Source: the human T2T-CHM13v2.0 reference genome, Homo sapiens | DNA length: 64,000 nucleotides | Direction: 5' to 3' (one strand) | NCBI RefSeq assembly: GCF_009914755.1 | Contig: NC_060929.1 | Shown: positions 1 to 11,100 of the stretch, in pieces | Layout of the letters: each line of letters begins with the position of its first letter | Position numbering within the stretch: position 1 is the first letter of the stretch | The notes under the pieces: generated by a model | Seen by the model: the letters and a program-made list of their open reading frames with translations, nothing else | The model's database searches: none | Told to the model about the DNA's origin: nothing | Position numbers and translations under genes: made by a program

Positions 1-153
1 CTATCTTCACAAAAAACTAGGCAGAAGCCTTCTCAGGAACTTCATTGAGATGTGTGCATTCAACTAACAGAGTTGAAACTGTCTTTTGACAGAGGAGGAA
101 TGAAACACTCCTTTTGTAGTATCTGATTGTGTGTATTTGGAACTCTTTGAGTT

Positions 154-170
154 ATTCGTTGGAAACGGGT
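154..170 (+). promoter_or_regulatory. CENP-B box (protein-binding site), one per HOR, in m1
   Basis: ATTCGTTGGAAACGGGT matches consensus YTTCGTTGGAARCGGGA with all 9 core bases (NTTCGNNNNANNCGGGN) intact. Copies start at 154, 2712, 5270, 7828, 10386, 12944, 15502, 18060, 20618, 23176, 25734, 28290, 30847, 33405, 35961, 38519, 41076, 43633, 46190, 48747, 51305, 53863, 56421, 58979, 61537. Confidence 0.95.
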
Positions 171-1689
171 ATCTTCACATAAAAAGTAGACCCAAGCATT
201 CTCAGAAGGTTCTTTGTGATGTGTGCGTTCAACTCACAGACTTGAAACTTTCTTTTGATAGAGCAGTGTTGAAACACACTTTTTGTAGAATCCACAAGTA
301 TTCCTTTGGAGCGCTTTGTTGCCTATGTGGGAAAAAGGAATATCTTCACTTAAAAACTAGACAGAAGCATTCTCTGAAACTCCTCTGTGAAGTGTGTGTT
401 CAATTCACATCGTTGAACCTTTCTTTTGATAGAGCAGTGTTGAAACATACTTTTTGTAGAATCTGCAAGTGTCCATTTCGAGTTCTTTTGTGCGTATGCT
501 GGAAAAAGTGATATCTTCACCTGAAAAATAGACAGAAGCATTCCAGAAACTGCTTTGTAACATGTGCATTCAACTCACAGTGTTGAACCTTCCTTTTGAG
601 AGAGCGGTTTTGAAACAGTCTTTTTGTAGTATCTGCAAGTGGATATTTGCAGTGATTTGAGGCCGAAGAAGGAAAAGGAAATACCTTCAAATAAAAAACT
701 AGACGGAAGCATTTTCAGAAACTGCCTTGTGATGTGTGCATTCAACTCACAGAGTTGAACCTTCCTTTTGAGAGAGAAGTTTTGAAACAGTCTTTTTGTA
801 GTATTTGCAAGTGGATATTTGGAGCGATTTGTGGAGTATGGTGGAAAATGAAATATCTTCACATACAAACTAGACAGAAGCATTGTCAGAAACTGCTTTG
901 TGATGTGTGCATTTAAGTCACAGACTTGAAACTTCCTTTAGGTAGAGCAGTGTTGAAACACACTTTTTGTATAATCTACAAGTGTTCTTTGGAGTGCTTT
1001 GTTGCCTATGTTGGAAAAAGAAATATCTTCACATAAAAACTAGACAGAAGCATTCTCAGAAACTCCTTTGTGATGGGTTTGTTCAATTCACATTGTTGAA
1101 CCTTTCTTTTGATACAGCAGTGTTGAAACAAACATTTTGTAGAATCTGCAAGGGTTCATTTCAAATGCTTTGCGGCCTATGTTGGAAAAAGTGATATCTT
1201 CACCTAAAAAATAGACAGAAGCATTCTCAGGAACTGCTTTGTAATATGTGCATTCAACTCACAGAGTTGAACCTTCCTTTTGAGAGAGCGGTTTTGAAAC
1301 AGTCTTTTTGTAGTATCTGCAAGTGGATATTTGGAGCGATTTGAGGTCTAAGAAGGAAAAGGAAGTACCTTCAAATAAAAACTAGACAGAAGCTTTCTCA
1401 GAAACTGCTTTGTGATGTGTGCATTTAACTCAAAGTCTTGATCCTTACTTTTGTTAGAGCAGTGTTGAAACACACTTTTTGTAGAACCTGGTAGTGTTCA
1501 TTTGGAGAGATTTGCTGCCTATGGTGGAAAAAGGATTATCTTCTCTTAAAAACTAGACAGAAGCATTCTTAGAAACTGCTTTGTGATGTGTGTGTTCAAT
1601 TCACAGAGTTGAAACTTTCCTTTGACAGAGCAGGTTTGAAACACTGCTTCTGTAGAATCTGCTTGTGGATATTGGGAGCTCCTTGAGGA

Positions 1690-1706
1690 ATACGTTGTAA
1701 AAGGCA
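1690..1706 (+). other. Degenerate (probably non-binding) CENP-B-like box in m10, once per HOR
   Basis: ATACGTTGTAAAAGGCA lies at the A/B-box position and retains CGTTG, but TTCG reads TACG and CGGG reads AGGC, so core bases are broken. Confidence 0.65.
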
Positions 1707-2112
1707 TATCTTCACATACAAACTAGACAGAAGCATTCTCAGAAACTGCTTTGTGATGTGTGCATTCAACTCACAGAGTTGAACCTTCCATTTGAGAGAG
1801 CAGTGTTGAAACGGTCTTTTTGTAGTATCTTCAATTGGATATTTGGAGCGATTTGAGGCCTATGATGGAAAAGGAAATATCTTCACATACAAACTAGACA
1901 GAAGCATTCTCAGAAACTGCTTTGTGATGTGTGCATTCAACCCACAGAGTTGAACCTTCCTTTTGAGAGAGCAGTGTTGAAACGGTCTTTTGTAGTATCT
2001 GCAAGTGGATATTTGGAGCGATTTGAGGCCTATGATGGAAAAGGAAATATCTTCACATACAAACTAGACAGAAGCATTCTCAGAAACTGCTTTGTGATGT
2101 GTGCATTCAACC
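1706..2112 (+). repeat. Near-identical tandem monomer duplication (m11/m12, extending into start of m13) inside each HOR
   Basis: By eye m11 and m12 differ by 4 substitutions and one 1-bp T-run indel; the stretch ATATCTTCACATACAAACTAGACAGAAGCATTCTCAGAAACTGCTTTGTGATGTGTGCATTCAAC occurs three times at 171/170-bp spacing. Confidence 0.9.
1860..1876 (+). promoter_or_regulatory. pJalpha-like (A-type) box in m11; same motif in m12 and variants in most other monomers
   Basis: CTATGATGGAAAAGGAA differs by one base from the A-box/pJalpha motif CTAYGGTGRAAAAGGAA (reverse complement of TTCCTTTTYCACCRTAG) and occupies the same monomer position as the CENP-B box. Confidence 0.75.
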
Positions 2113-5100
2113 GACAGATTTGAACTTTCCTTTGGAGAGGGAGGTTTTGAAACAGTCTTTTTGTAGTATCTGCAAGTGGATATTTGTAGTGACTTGGGGC
2201 CTCAGGTGGAAAAGGAAATACCTTCACATACAAAGTAGACAGAAGTATTCTCAGAAACTCCATTGTGATGTGTGCACTCAACTCACAGAGTTGAACCTTC
2301 CTTTTGAGAGAGCAGTTTTGAAACAGTCTTTTTGTAACGTCTGCATGTGGATATTTGGAGCGATTCGAGTAGTATGATGGAAAAGGAAATATCTTCACAT
2401 ACAAACTAAACAGAAGCATTCTCAGAAACTTCTTGTGATGTGTGCATTCACCTAACAGAGTGGAACCGTTCTTTTGATAGAGCAGTTTTGAATCAGTCTT
2501 TTGGTAGGACCTGCAAGTTTTCATTTGGAGCGCTTTGAAGCCCATGGTGGAAAAGGGACTATCTTCACAAAAAACTAGGCAGAAGCCTTCTCAGGAACTT
2601 CATTGAGATGTGTGTATTCAACTAACAGAGTTGAAACTGTCTTTTGACAGAGGAGGAATGAAACACTCCTTTTGTAGTATCTGATTGTGTGTATTTGGAA
2701 CTCTTTGAGTTATTCGTTGGAAACGGGTATCTTCACATAAAAAGTAGACCCAAGCATTCTCAGAAGGTTCTTTGTGATGCGTGCGTTCAACTCACAGACT
2801 TGAAACTTTCTTTTGATAGAGCAGTGTTGAAACACACTTTTTGTAGAATCCACAAGTATTCCTTTGGAGCGCTTTGTTGCCTATGTGGGAAAAAGGAATA
2901 TCTTCACTTAAAAACTAGACAGAAGCATTCTCTGAAACTCCTCTGTGAAGTGTGTGTTCAATTCACATCGTTGAACCTTTCTTTTGATAGAGCAGTGTTG
3001 AAACATACTTTTTGTAGAATCTGCAAGTGTCCATTTCGAGTTCTTTTGTGCGTATGCTGGAAAAAGTGATATCTTCACCTGAAAAATAGACAGAAGCATT
3101 CCAGAAACTGCTTTGTAACATGTGCATTCAACTCACAGTGTTGAACCTTCCTTTTGAGAGAGCGGTTTTGAAACAGTCTTTTTGTAGTATCTGCAAGTGG
3201 ATATTTGCAGTGATTTGAGGCCGAAGAAGGAAAAGGAAATACCTTCAAATAAAAAACTAGACGGAAGCATTTTCAGAAACTGCCTTGTGATGTGTGCATT
3301 CAACTCACAGAGTTGAACCTTCCTTTTGAGAGAGAAGTTTTGAAACAGTCTTTTTGTAGTATTTGCAAGTGGATATTTGGAGCGATTTGTGGAGTATGGT
3401 GGAAAATGAAATATCTTCACATACAAACTAGACAGAAGCATTGTCAGAAACTGCTTTGTGATGTGTGCATTTAAGTCACAGACTTGAAACTTCCTTTAGG
3501 TAGAGCAGTGTTGAAACACACTTTTTGTATAATCTACAAGTGTTCTTTGGAGTGCTTTGTTGCCTATGTTGGAAAAAGAAATATCTTCACATAAAAACTA
3601 GACAGAAGCATTCTCAGAAACTCCTTTGTGATGGGTTTGTTCAATTCACATTGTTGAACCTTTCTTTTGATACAGCAGTGTTGAAACAAACATTTTGTAG
3701 AATCTGCAAGGGTTCATTTCAAATGCTTTGCGGCCTATGTTGGAAAAAGTGATATCTTCACCTAAAAAATAGACAGAAGCATTCTCAGGAACTGCTTTGT
3801 AATATGTGCATTCAACTCACAGAGTTGAACCTTCCTTTTGAGAGAGCGGTTTTGAAACAGTCTTTTTGTAGTATCTGCAAGTGGATATTTGGAGCGATTT
3901 GAGGTCTAAGAAGGAAAAGGAAGTACCTTCAAATAAAAACTAGACAGAAGCTTTCTCAGAAACTGCTTTGTGATGTGTGCATTTAACTCAAAGTCTTGAT
4001 CCTTACTTTTGTTAGAGCAGTGTTGAAACACACTTTTTGTAGAACCTGGTAGTGTTCATTTGGAGAGATTTGTTGCCTATGGTGGAAAAAGGATTATCTT
4101 CTCTTAAAAACTAGACAGAAGCATTCTTAGAAACTGCTTTGTGATGTGTGTGTTCAATTCACAGAGTTGAAACTTTCCTTTGACAGAGCAGGTTTGAAAC
4201 ACTGCTTCTGTAGAATCTGCTTGTGGATATTGGGAGCTCCTTGAGGAATACGTTGTAAAAGGCATATCTTCACATACAAACTAGACAGAAGCATTCTCAG
4301 AAACTGCTTTGTGATGTGTGCATTCAACTCACAGAGTTGAACCTTCCATTTGAGAGAGCAGTGTTGAAACGGTCTTTTTGTAGTATCTTCAATTGGATAT
4401 TTGGAGCGATTTGAGGCCTATGATGGAAAAGGAAATATCTTCACATACAAACTAGACAGAAGCATTCTCAGAAACTGCTTTGTGATGTGTGCATTCAACC
4501 CACAGAGTTGAACCTTCCTTTTGAGAGAGCAGTGTTGAAACGGTCTTTTGTAGTATCTGCAAGTGGATATTTGGAGCGATTTGAGGCCTATGATGGAAAA
4601 GGAAATATCTTCACATACAAACTAGACAGAAGCATTCTCAGAAACTGCTTTGTGATGTGTGCATTCAACCGACAGATTTGAACTTTCCTTTGGAGAGGGA
4701 GGTTTTGAAACAGTCTTTTTGTAGTATCTGCAAGTGGATATTTGTAGTGACTTGGGGCCTCAGGTGGAAAAGGAAATACCTTCACATACAAAGTAGACAG
4801 AAGTATTCTCAGAAACTCCATTGTGATGTGTGCACTCAACTCACAGAGTTGAACCTTCCTTTTGAGAGAGCAGTTTTGAAACAGTCTTTTTGTAACGTCT
4901 GCATGTGGATATTTGGAGCGATTCGAGTAGTATGATGGAAAAGGAAATATCTTCACATACAAACTAAACAGAAGCATTCTCAGAAACTTCTTGTGATGTG
5001 TGCATTCACCTAACAGAGTGGAACCGTTCTTTTGATAGAGCAGTTTTGAATCAGTCTTTTGGTAGGACCTGCAAGTTTTCATTTGGAGCGCTTTGAAGCC

Positions 5101-8100
5101 CATGGTGGAAAAGGGACTATCTTCACAAAAAACTAGGCAGAAGCCTTCTCAGGAACTTCATTGAGATGTGTGCATTCAACTAACAGAGTTGAAACTGTCT
5201 TTTGACAGAGGAGGAATGAAACACTCCTTTTGTAGTATCTGATTGTGTGTATTTGGAACTCTTTGAGTTATTCGTTGGAAACGGGTATCTTCACATAAAA
5301 AGTAGACCCAAGCATTCTCAGAAGGTTCTTTGTGATGTGTGCGTTCAACTCACAGACTTGAAACTTTCTTTTGATAGAGCAGTGTTGAAACACACTTTTT
5401 GTAGAATCCACAAGTATTCCTTTGGAGCGCTTTGTTGCCTATGTGGGAAAAAGGAATATCTTCACTTAAAAACTAGACAGAAGCATTCTCTGAAACTCCT
5501 CTGTGAAGTGTGTGTTCAATTCACATCGTTGAACCTTTCTTTTGATAGAGCAGTGTTGAAACATACTTTTTGTAGAATCTGCAAGTGTCCATTTCGAGTT
5601 CTTTTGTGCGTATGCTGGAAAAAGTGATATCTTCACCTGAAAAATAGACAGAAGCATTCCAGAAACTGCTTTGTAACATGTGCATTCAACTCACAGTGTT
5701 GAACCTTCCTTTTGAGAGAGCGGTTTTGAAACAGTCTTTTTGTAGTATCTGCAAGTGGATATTTGCAGTGATTTGAGGCCGAAGAAGGAAAAGGAAATAC
5801 CTTCAAATAAAAAACTAGACGGAAGCATTTTCAGAAACTGCCTTGTGATGTGTGCATTCAACTCACAGAGTTGAACCTTCCTTTTGAGAGAGAAGTTTTG
5901 AAACAGTCTTTTTGTAGTATTTGCAAGTGGATATTTGGAGCGATTTGTGGAGTATGGTGGAAAATGAAATATCTTCACATACAAACTAGACAGAAGCATT
6001 GTCAGAAACTGCTTTGTGATGTGTGCATTTAAGTCACAGACTTGAAACTTCCTTTAGGTAGAGCAGTGTTGAAACACACTTTTTGTATAATCTACAAGTG
6101 TTCTTTGGAGTGCTTTGTTGCCTATGTTGGAAAAAGAAATATCTTCACATAAAAACTAGACAGAAGCATTCTCAGAAACTCCTTTGTGATGGGTTTGTTC
6201 AATTCACATTGTTGAACCTTTCTTTTGATACAGCAGTGTTGAAACAAACATTTTGTAGAATCTGCAAGGGTTCATTTCAAATGCTTTGCGGCCTATGTTG
6301 GAAAAAGTGATATCTTCACCTAAAAAATAGACAGAAGCATTCTCAGGAACTGCTTTGTAATATGTGCATTCAACTCACAGAGTTGAACCTTCCTTTTGAG
6401 AGAGCGGTTTTGAAACAGTCTTTTTGTAGTATCTGCAAGTGGATATTTGGAGCGATTTGAGGTCTAAGAAGGAAAAGGAAGTACCTTCAAATAAAAACTA
6501 GACAGAAGCTTTCTCAGAAACTGCTTTGTGATGTGTGCATTTAACTCAAAGTCTTGATCCTTACTTTTGTTAGAGCAGTGTTGAAACACACTTTTTGTAG
6601 AACCTGGTAGTGTTCATTTGGAGAGATTTGTTGCCTATGGTGGAAAAAGGATTATCTTCTCTTAAAAACTAGACAGAAGCATTCTTAGAAACTGCTTTGT
6701 GATGTGTGTGTTCAATTCACAGAGTTGAAACTTTCCTTTGACAGAGCAGGTTTGAAACACTGCTTCTGTAGAATCTGCTTGTGGATATTGGGAGCTCCTT
6801 GAGGAATACGTTGTAAAAGGCATATCTTCACATACAAACTAGACAGAAGCATTCTCAGAAACTGCTTTGTGATGTGTGCATTCAACTCACAGAGTTGAAC
6901 CTTCCATTTGAGAGAGCAGTGTGGAAACGGTCTTTTTGTAGTATCTTCAATTGGATATTTGGAGCGATTTGAGGCCTATGATGGAAAAGGAAATATCTTC
7001 ACATACAAACTAGACAGAAGCATTCTCAGAAACTGCTTTGTGATGTGTGCATTCAACCCGCAGAGTTGAACCTTCCTTTTGAGAGAGCAGTGTTGAAACG
7101 GTCTTTTGTAGTATCTGCAAGTGGATATTTGGAGCGATTTGAGGCCTATGATGGAAAAGGAAATATCTTCACATACAAACTAGACAGAAGCATTCTCAGA
7201 AACTGCTTTGTGATGTGTGCATTCAACCGACAGATTTGAACTTTCCTTTGGAGAGGGAGGTTTTGAAACAGTCTTTTTGTAGTATCTGCAAGTGGATATT
7301 TGTAGTGACTTGGGGCCTCAGGTGGAAAAGGAAATACCTTCACATACAAAGTAGACAGAAGTATTCTCAGAAACTCCATTGTGATGTGTGCACTCAACTC
7401 ACAGAGTTGAACCTTCCTTTTGAGAGAGCAGTTTTGAAACAGTCTTTTTGTAACGTCTGCATGTGGATATTTGGAGCGATTCGAGTAGTATGATGGAAAA
7501 GGAAATATCTTCACATACAAACTAAACAGAAGCATTCTCAGAAACTTCTTGTGATGTGTGCATTCACCTAACAGAGTGGAACCGTTCTTTTGATAGAGCA
7601 GTTTTGAATCAGTCTTTTGGTAGGACCTGCAAGTTTTCATTTGGAGCGCTTTGAAGCCCATGGTGGAAAAGGGACTATCTTCACAAAAAACTAGGCAGAA
7701 GCCTTCTCAGGAACTTCATTGAGATGTGTGCATTCAACTAACAGAGTTGAAACTGTCTTTTGACAGAGGAGGAATGAAACACTCCTTTTGTAGTATCTGA
7801 TTGTGTGTATTTGGAACTCTTTGAGTTATTCGTTGGAAACGGGTATCTCCACATAAAAAGTAGACCCAAGCATTCTCAGAAGGTTCTTTGTGATGTGTGC
7901 GTTCAACTCACAGACTTGAAACTTTCTTTTGATAGAGCAGTGTTGAAACACACTTTTTGTAGAATCCACAAGTATTCCTTTGGAGCGCTTTGTTGCCTAT
8001 GTGGGAAAAAGGAATATCTTCACTTAAAAACTAGACAGAAGCATTCTCTGAAACTCCTCTGTGAAGTGTGTGTTCAATTCACATCGTTGAACCTTTCTTT

Positions 8101-11100
8101 TGATAGAGCAGTGTTGAAACATACTTTTTGTAGAATCTGCAAGTGTCCATTTCGAGTTCTTTTGTGCGTATGCTGGAAAAAGTGATATCTTCACCTGAAA
8201 AATAGACAGAAGCATTCCAGAAACTGCTTTGTAACATGTGCATTCAACTCACAGTGTTGAACCTTCCTTTTGAGAGAGCGGTTTTGAAACAGTCTTTTTG
8301 TAGTATCTGCAAGTGGATATTTGCAGTGATTTGAGGCCGAAGAAGGAAAAGGAAATACCTTCAAATAAAAAACTAGACGGAAGCATTTTCAGAAACTGCC
8401 TTGTGATGTGTGCATTCAACTCACAGAGTTGAACCTTCCTTTTGAGAGAGAAGTTTTGAAACAGTCTTTTTGTAGTATTTGCAAGTGGATATTTGGAGCG
8501 ATTTGTGGAGTATGGTGGAAAATGAAATATCTTCACATACAAACTAGACAGAAGCATTGTCAGAAACTGCTTTGTGATGTGTGCATTTAAGTCACAGACT
8601 TGAAACTTCCTTTAGGTAGAGCAGTGTTGAAACACACTTTTTGTATAATCTACAAGTGTTCTTTGGAGTGCTTTGTTGCCTATGTTGGAAAAAGAAATAT
8701 CTTCACATAAAAACTAGACAGAAGCATTCTCAGAAACTCCTTTGTAATGGGTTTGTTCAATTCACATTGTTGAACCTTTCTTTTGATACAGCAGTGTTGA
8801 AACAAACATTTTGTAGAATCTGCAAGGGTTCATTTCAAATGCTTTGCGGCCTATGTTGGAAAAAGTGATATGTTCACCTAAAAAATAGACAGAAGCATTC
8901 TCAGGAACTGCTTTGTAATATGTGCATTCAACTCACAGAGTTGAACCTTCCTTTTGAGAGAGCGGTTTTGAAACAGTCTTTTTGTAGTATCTGCAAGTGG
9001 ATATTTGGAGCGATTTGAGGTCTAAGAAGGAAAAGGAAGTACCTTCAAATAAAAACTAGACAGAAGCTTTCTCAGAAACTGCTTTGTGATGTGTGCATTT
9101 AACTCAAAGTCTTGATCCTTACTTTTGTTAGAGCAGTGTTGAAACACACTTTTTGTAGAACCTGGTAGTGTTCATTTGGAGAGATTTGTTGCCTATGGTG
9201 GAAAAATGATTATCTTCTCTTAAAAACTAGACAGAAGCATTCTTAGAAACTGCTTTGTGATGTGTGTGTTCAATTCACAGAGTTGAAACTTTCCTTTGAC
9301 AGAGCAGGTTTGAAACACTGCTTCTGTAGAATCTGCTTGTGGATATTGGGAGCTCCTTGAGGAATACGTTGTAAAAGGCATATCTTCACATACAAACTAG
9401 ACAGAAGCATTCTCAGAAACTGCTTTGTGATGTGTGCATTCAACTCACAGAGTTGAACCTTCCATTTGAGAGAGCAGTGTTGAAACGGTCTTTTTGTAGT
9501 ATCTTCAATTGGATATTTGGAGCGATTTGAGGCCTATGATGGAAAAGGAAATATCTTCACATACAAACTAGACAGAAGCATTCTCAGAAACTGCTTTGTG
9601 ATGTGTGCATTCAACCCACAGAGTTGAACCTTCCTTTTGAGAGAGCAGTGTTGAAACGGTCTTTTGTAGTATCTGCAAGTGGATATTTGGAGCGATTTGA
9701 GGCCTATGATGGAAAAGGAAATATCTTCACATACAAACTAGACAGAAGCATTCTCAGAAACTGCTTTGTGATGTGTGCATTCAACCGACAGATTTGAACT
9801 TTCCTTTGGAGAGGGAGGTTTTGAAACAGTCTTTTTGTAGTATCTGCAAGTGGATATTTGTAGTGACTTGGGGCCTCAGGTGGAAAAGGAAATACCTTCA
9901 CATACAAAGTAGACAGAAGTATTCTCAGAAACTCCATTGTGATGTGTGCACTCAACTCACAGAGTTGAACCTTCCTTTTGAGAGAGCAGTTTTGAAACAG
10001 TCTTTTTGTAACGTCTGCATGTGGATATTTGGAGCGATTCGAGTAGTATGATGGAAAAGGAAATATCTTCACATACAAACTAAACAGAAGCATTCTCAGA
10101 AACTTCTTGTGATGTGTGCATTCACCTAACAGAGTGGAACCGTTCTTTTGATAGAGCAGTTTTGAATCAGTCTTTTGGTAGGACCTGCAAGTTTTCATTT
10201 GGAGCGCTTTGAAGCCCATGGTGGAAAAGGGACTATCTTCACAAAAAACTAGGCAGAAGCCTTCTCAGGAACTTCATTGAGATGTGTGCATTCAACTAAC
10301 AGAGTTGAAACTGTCTTTTGACAGAGGAGGAATGAAACACTCCTTTTGTAGTATCTGATTGTGTGTATTTGGAACTCTTTGAGTTATTCGTTGGAAACGG
10401 GTATCTTCACATAAAAAGTAGACCCAAGCATTCTCAGAAGGTTCTTTGTGATGTGTGCGTTCAACTCACAGACTTGAAACTTTCTTTTGATAGAGCAGTG
10501 TTGAAACACACTTTTTGTAGAATCCACAAGTATTCCTTTGGAGCGCTTTGTTGCCTATGTGGGAAAAAGGAATATCTTCACTTAAAAACTAGACAGAAGC
10601 ATTCTCTGAAACTCCTCTGTGAAGTGTGTGTTCAATTCACATCGTTGAACCTTTCTTTTGATAGAGCAGTGTTGAAACATACTTTTTGTAGAATCTGCAA
10701 GTGTCCATTTCGAGTTCTTTTGTGCGTATGCTGGAAAAAGTGATATCTTCACCTGAAAAATAGACAGAAGCATTCCAGAAACTGCTTTGTAACATGTGCA
10801 TTCAACTCACAGTGTTGAACCTTCCTTTTGAGAGAGCGGTTTTGAAACAGTCTTTTTGTAGTATCTGCAAGTGGATATTTGCAGTGATTTGAGGCCGAAG
10901 AAGGAAAAGGAAATACCTTCAAATAAAAAACTAGAAGGAAGCATTTTCAGAAACTGCCTTGTGATGTGTGCATTCAACTCACAGAGTTGAACCTTCCTTT
11001 TGAGAGAGAAGTTTTGAAACAGTCTTTTTGTAGTATTTGCAAGTGGATATTTGGAGCGATTTGTGGAGTATGGTGGAAAATGAAATATCTTCACATACAA

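Larger units (their letters stand above)
28..2585 (+). repeat. Representative HOR unit: 15 diverged alphoid monomers (m1-m15)
   Basis: Monomer starts at the CATTCTCAG-equivalent: 28, 197, 368, 539, 710, 881, 1051, 1222, 1393, 1564, 1734, 1905, 2075, 2246, 2417; next m1 at 2586. Monomer lengths 169-171 bp, total 2558 bp. Confidence 0.97.

Noticed and set aside
131-511. Cys/His-rich ORF resembling a zinc finger (LCDVC, CRIC, KH motifs)
   Set aside because: The pattern comes from TGTG/TGT-rich satellite sequence with a 57-aa (171/3) period; C2H2 spacing and TGEKP linkers are absent.
1-2558. Identification as a CENP-B-rich active 15-mer such as the chromosome 15 D15Z3 or chromosome 17 D17Z1 variants
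   Set aside because: Those SF2/SF3 HORs carry several CENP-B boxes per unit in dimeric or pentameric order; here there is one intact box per 15 monomers. I cannot name the chromosome without a search.
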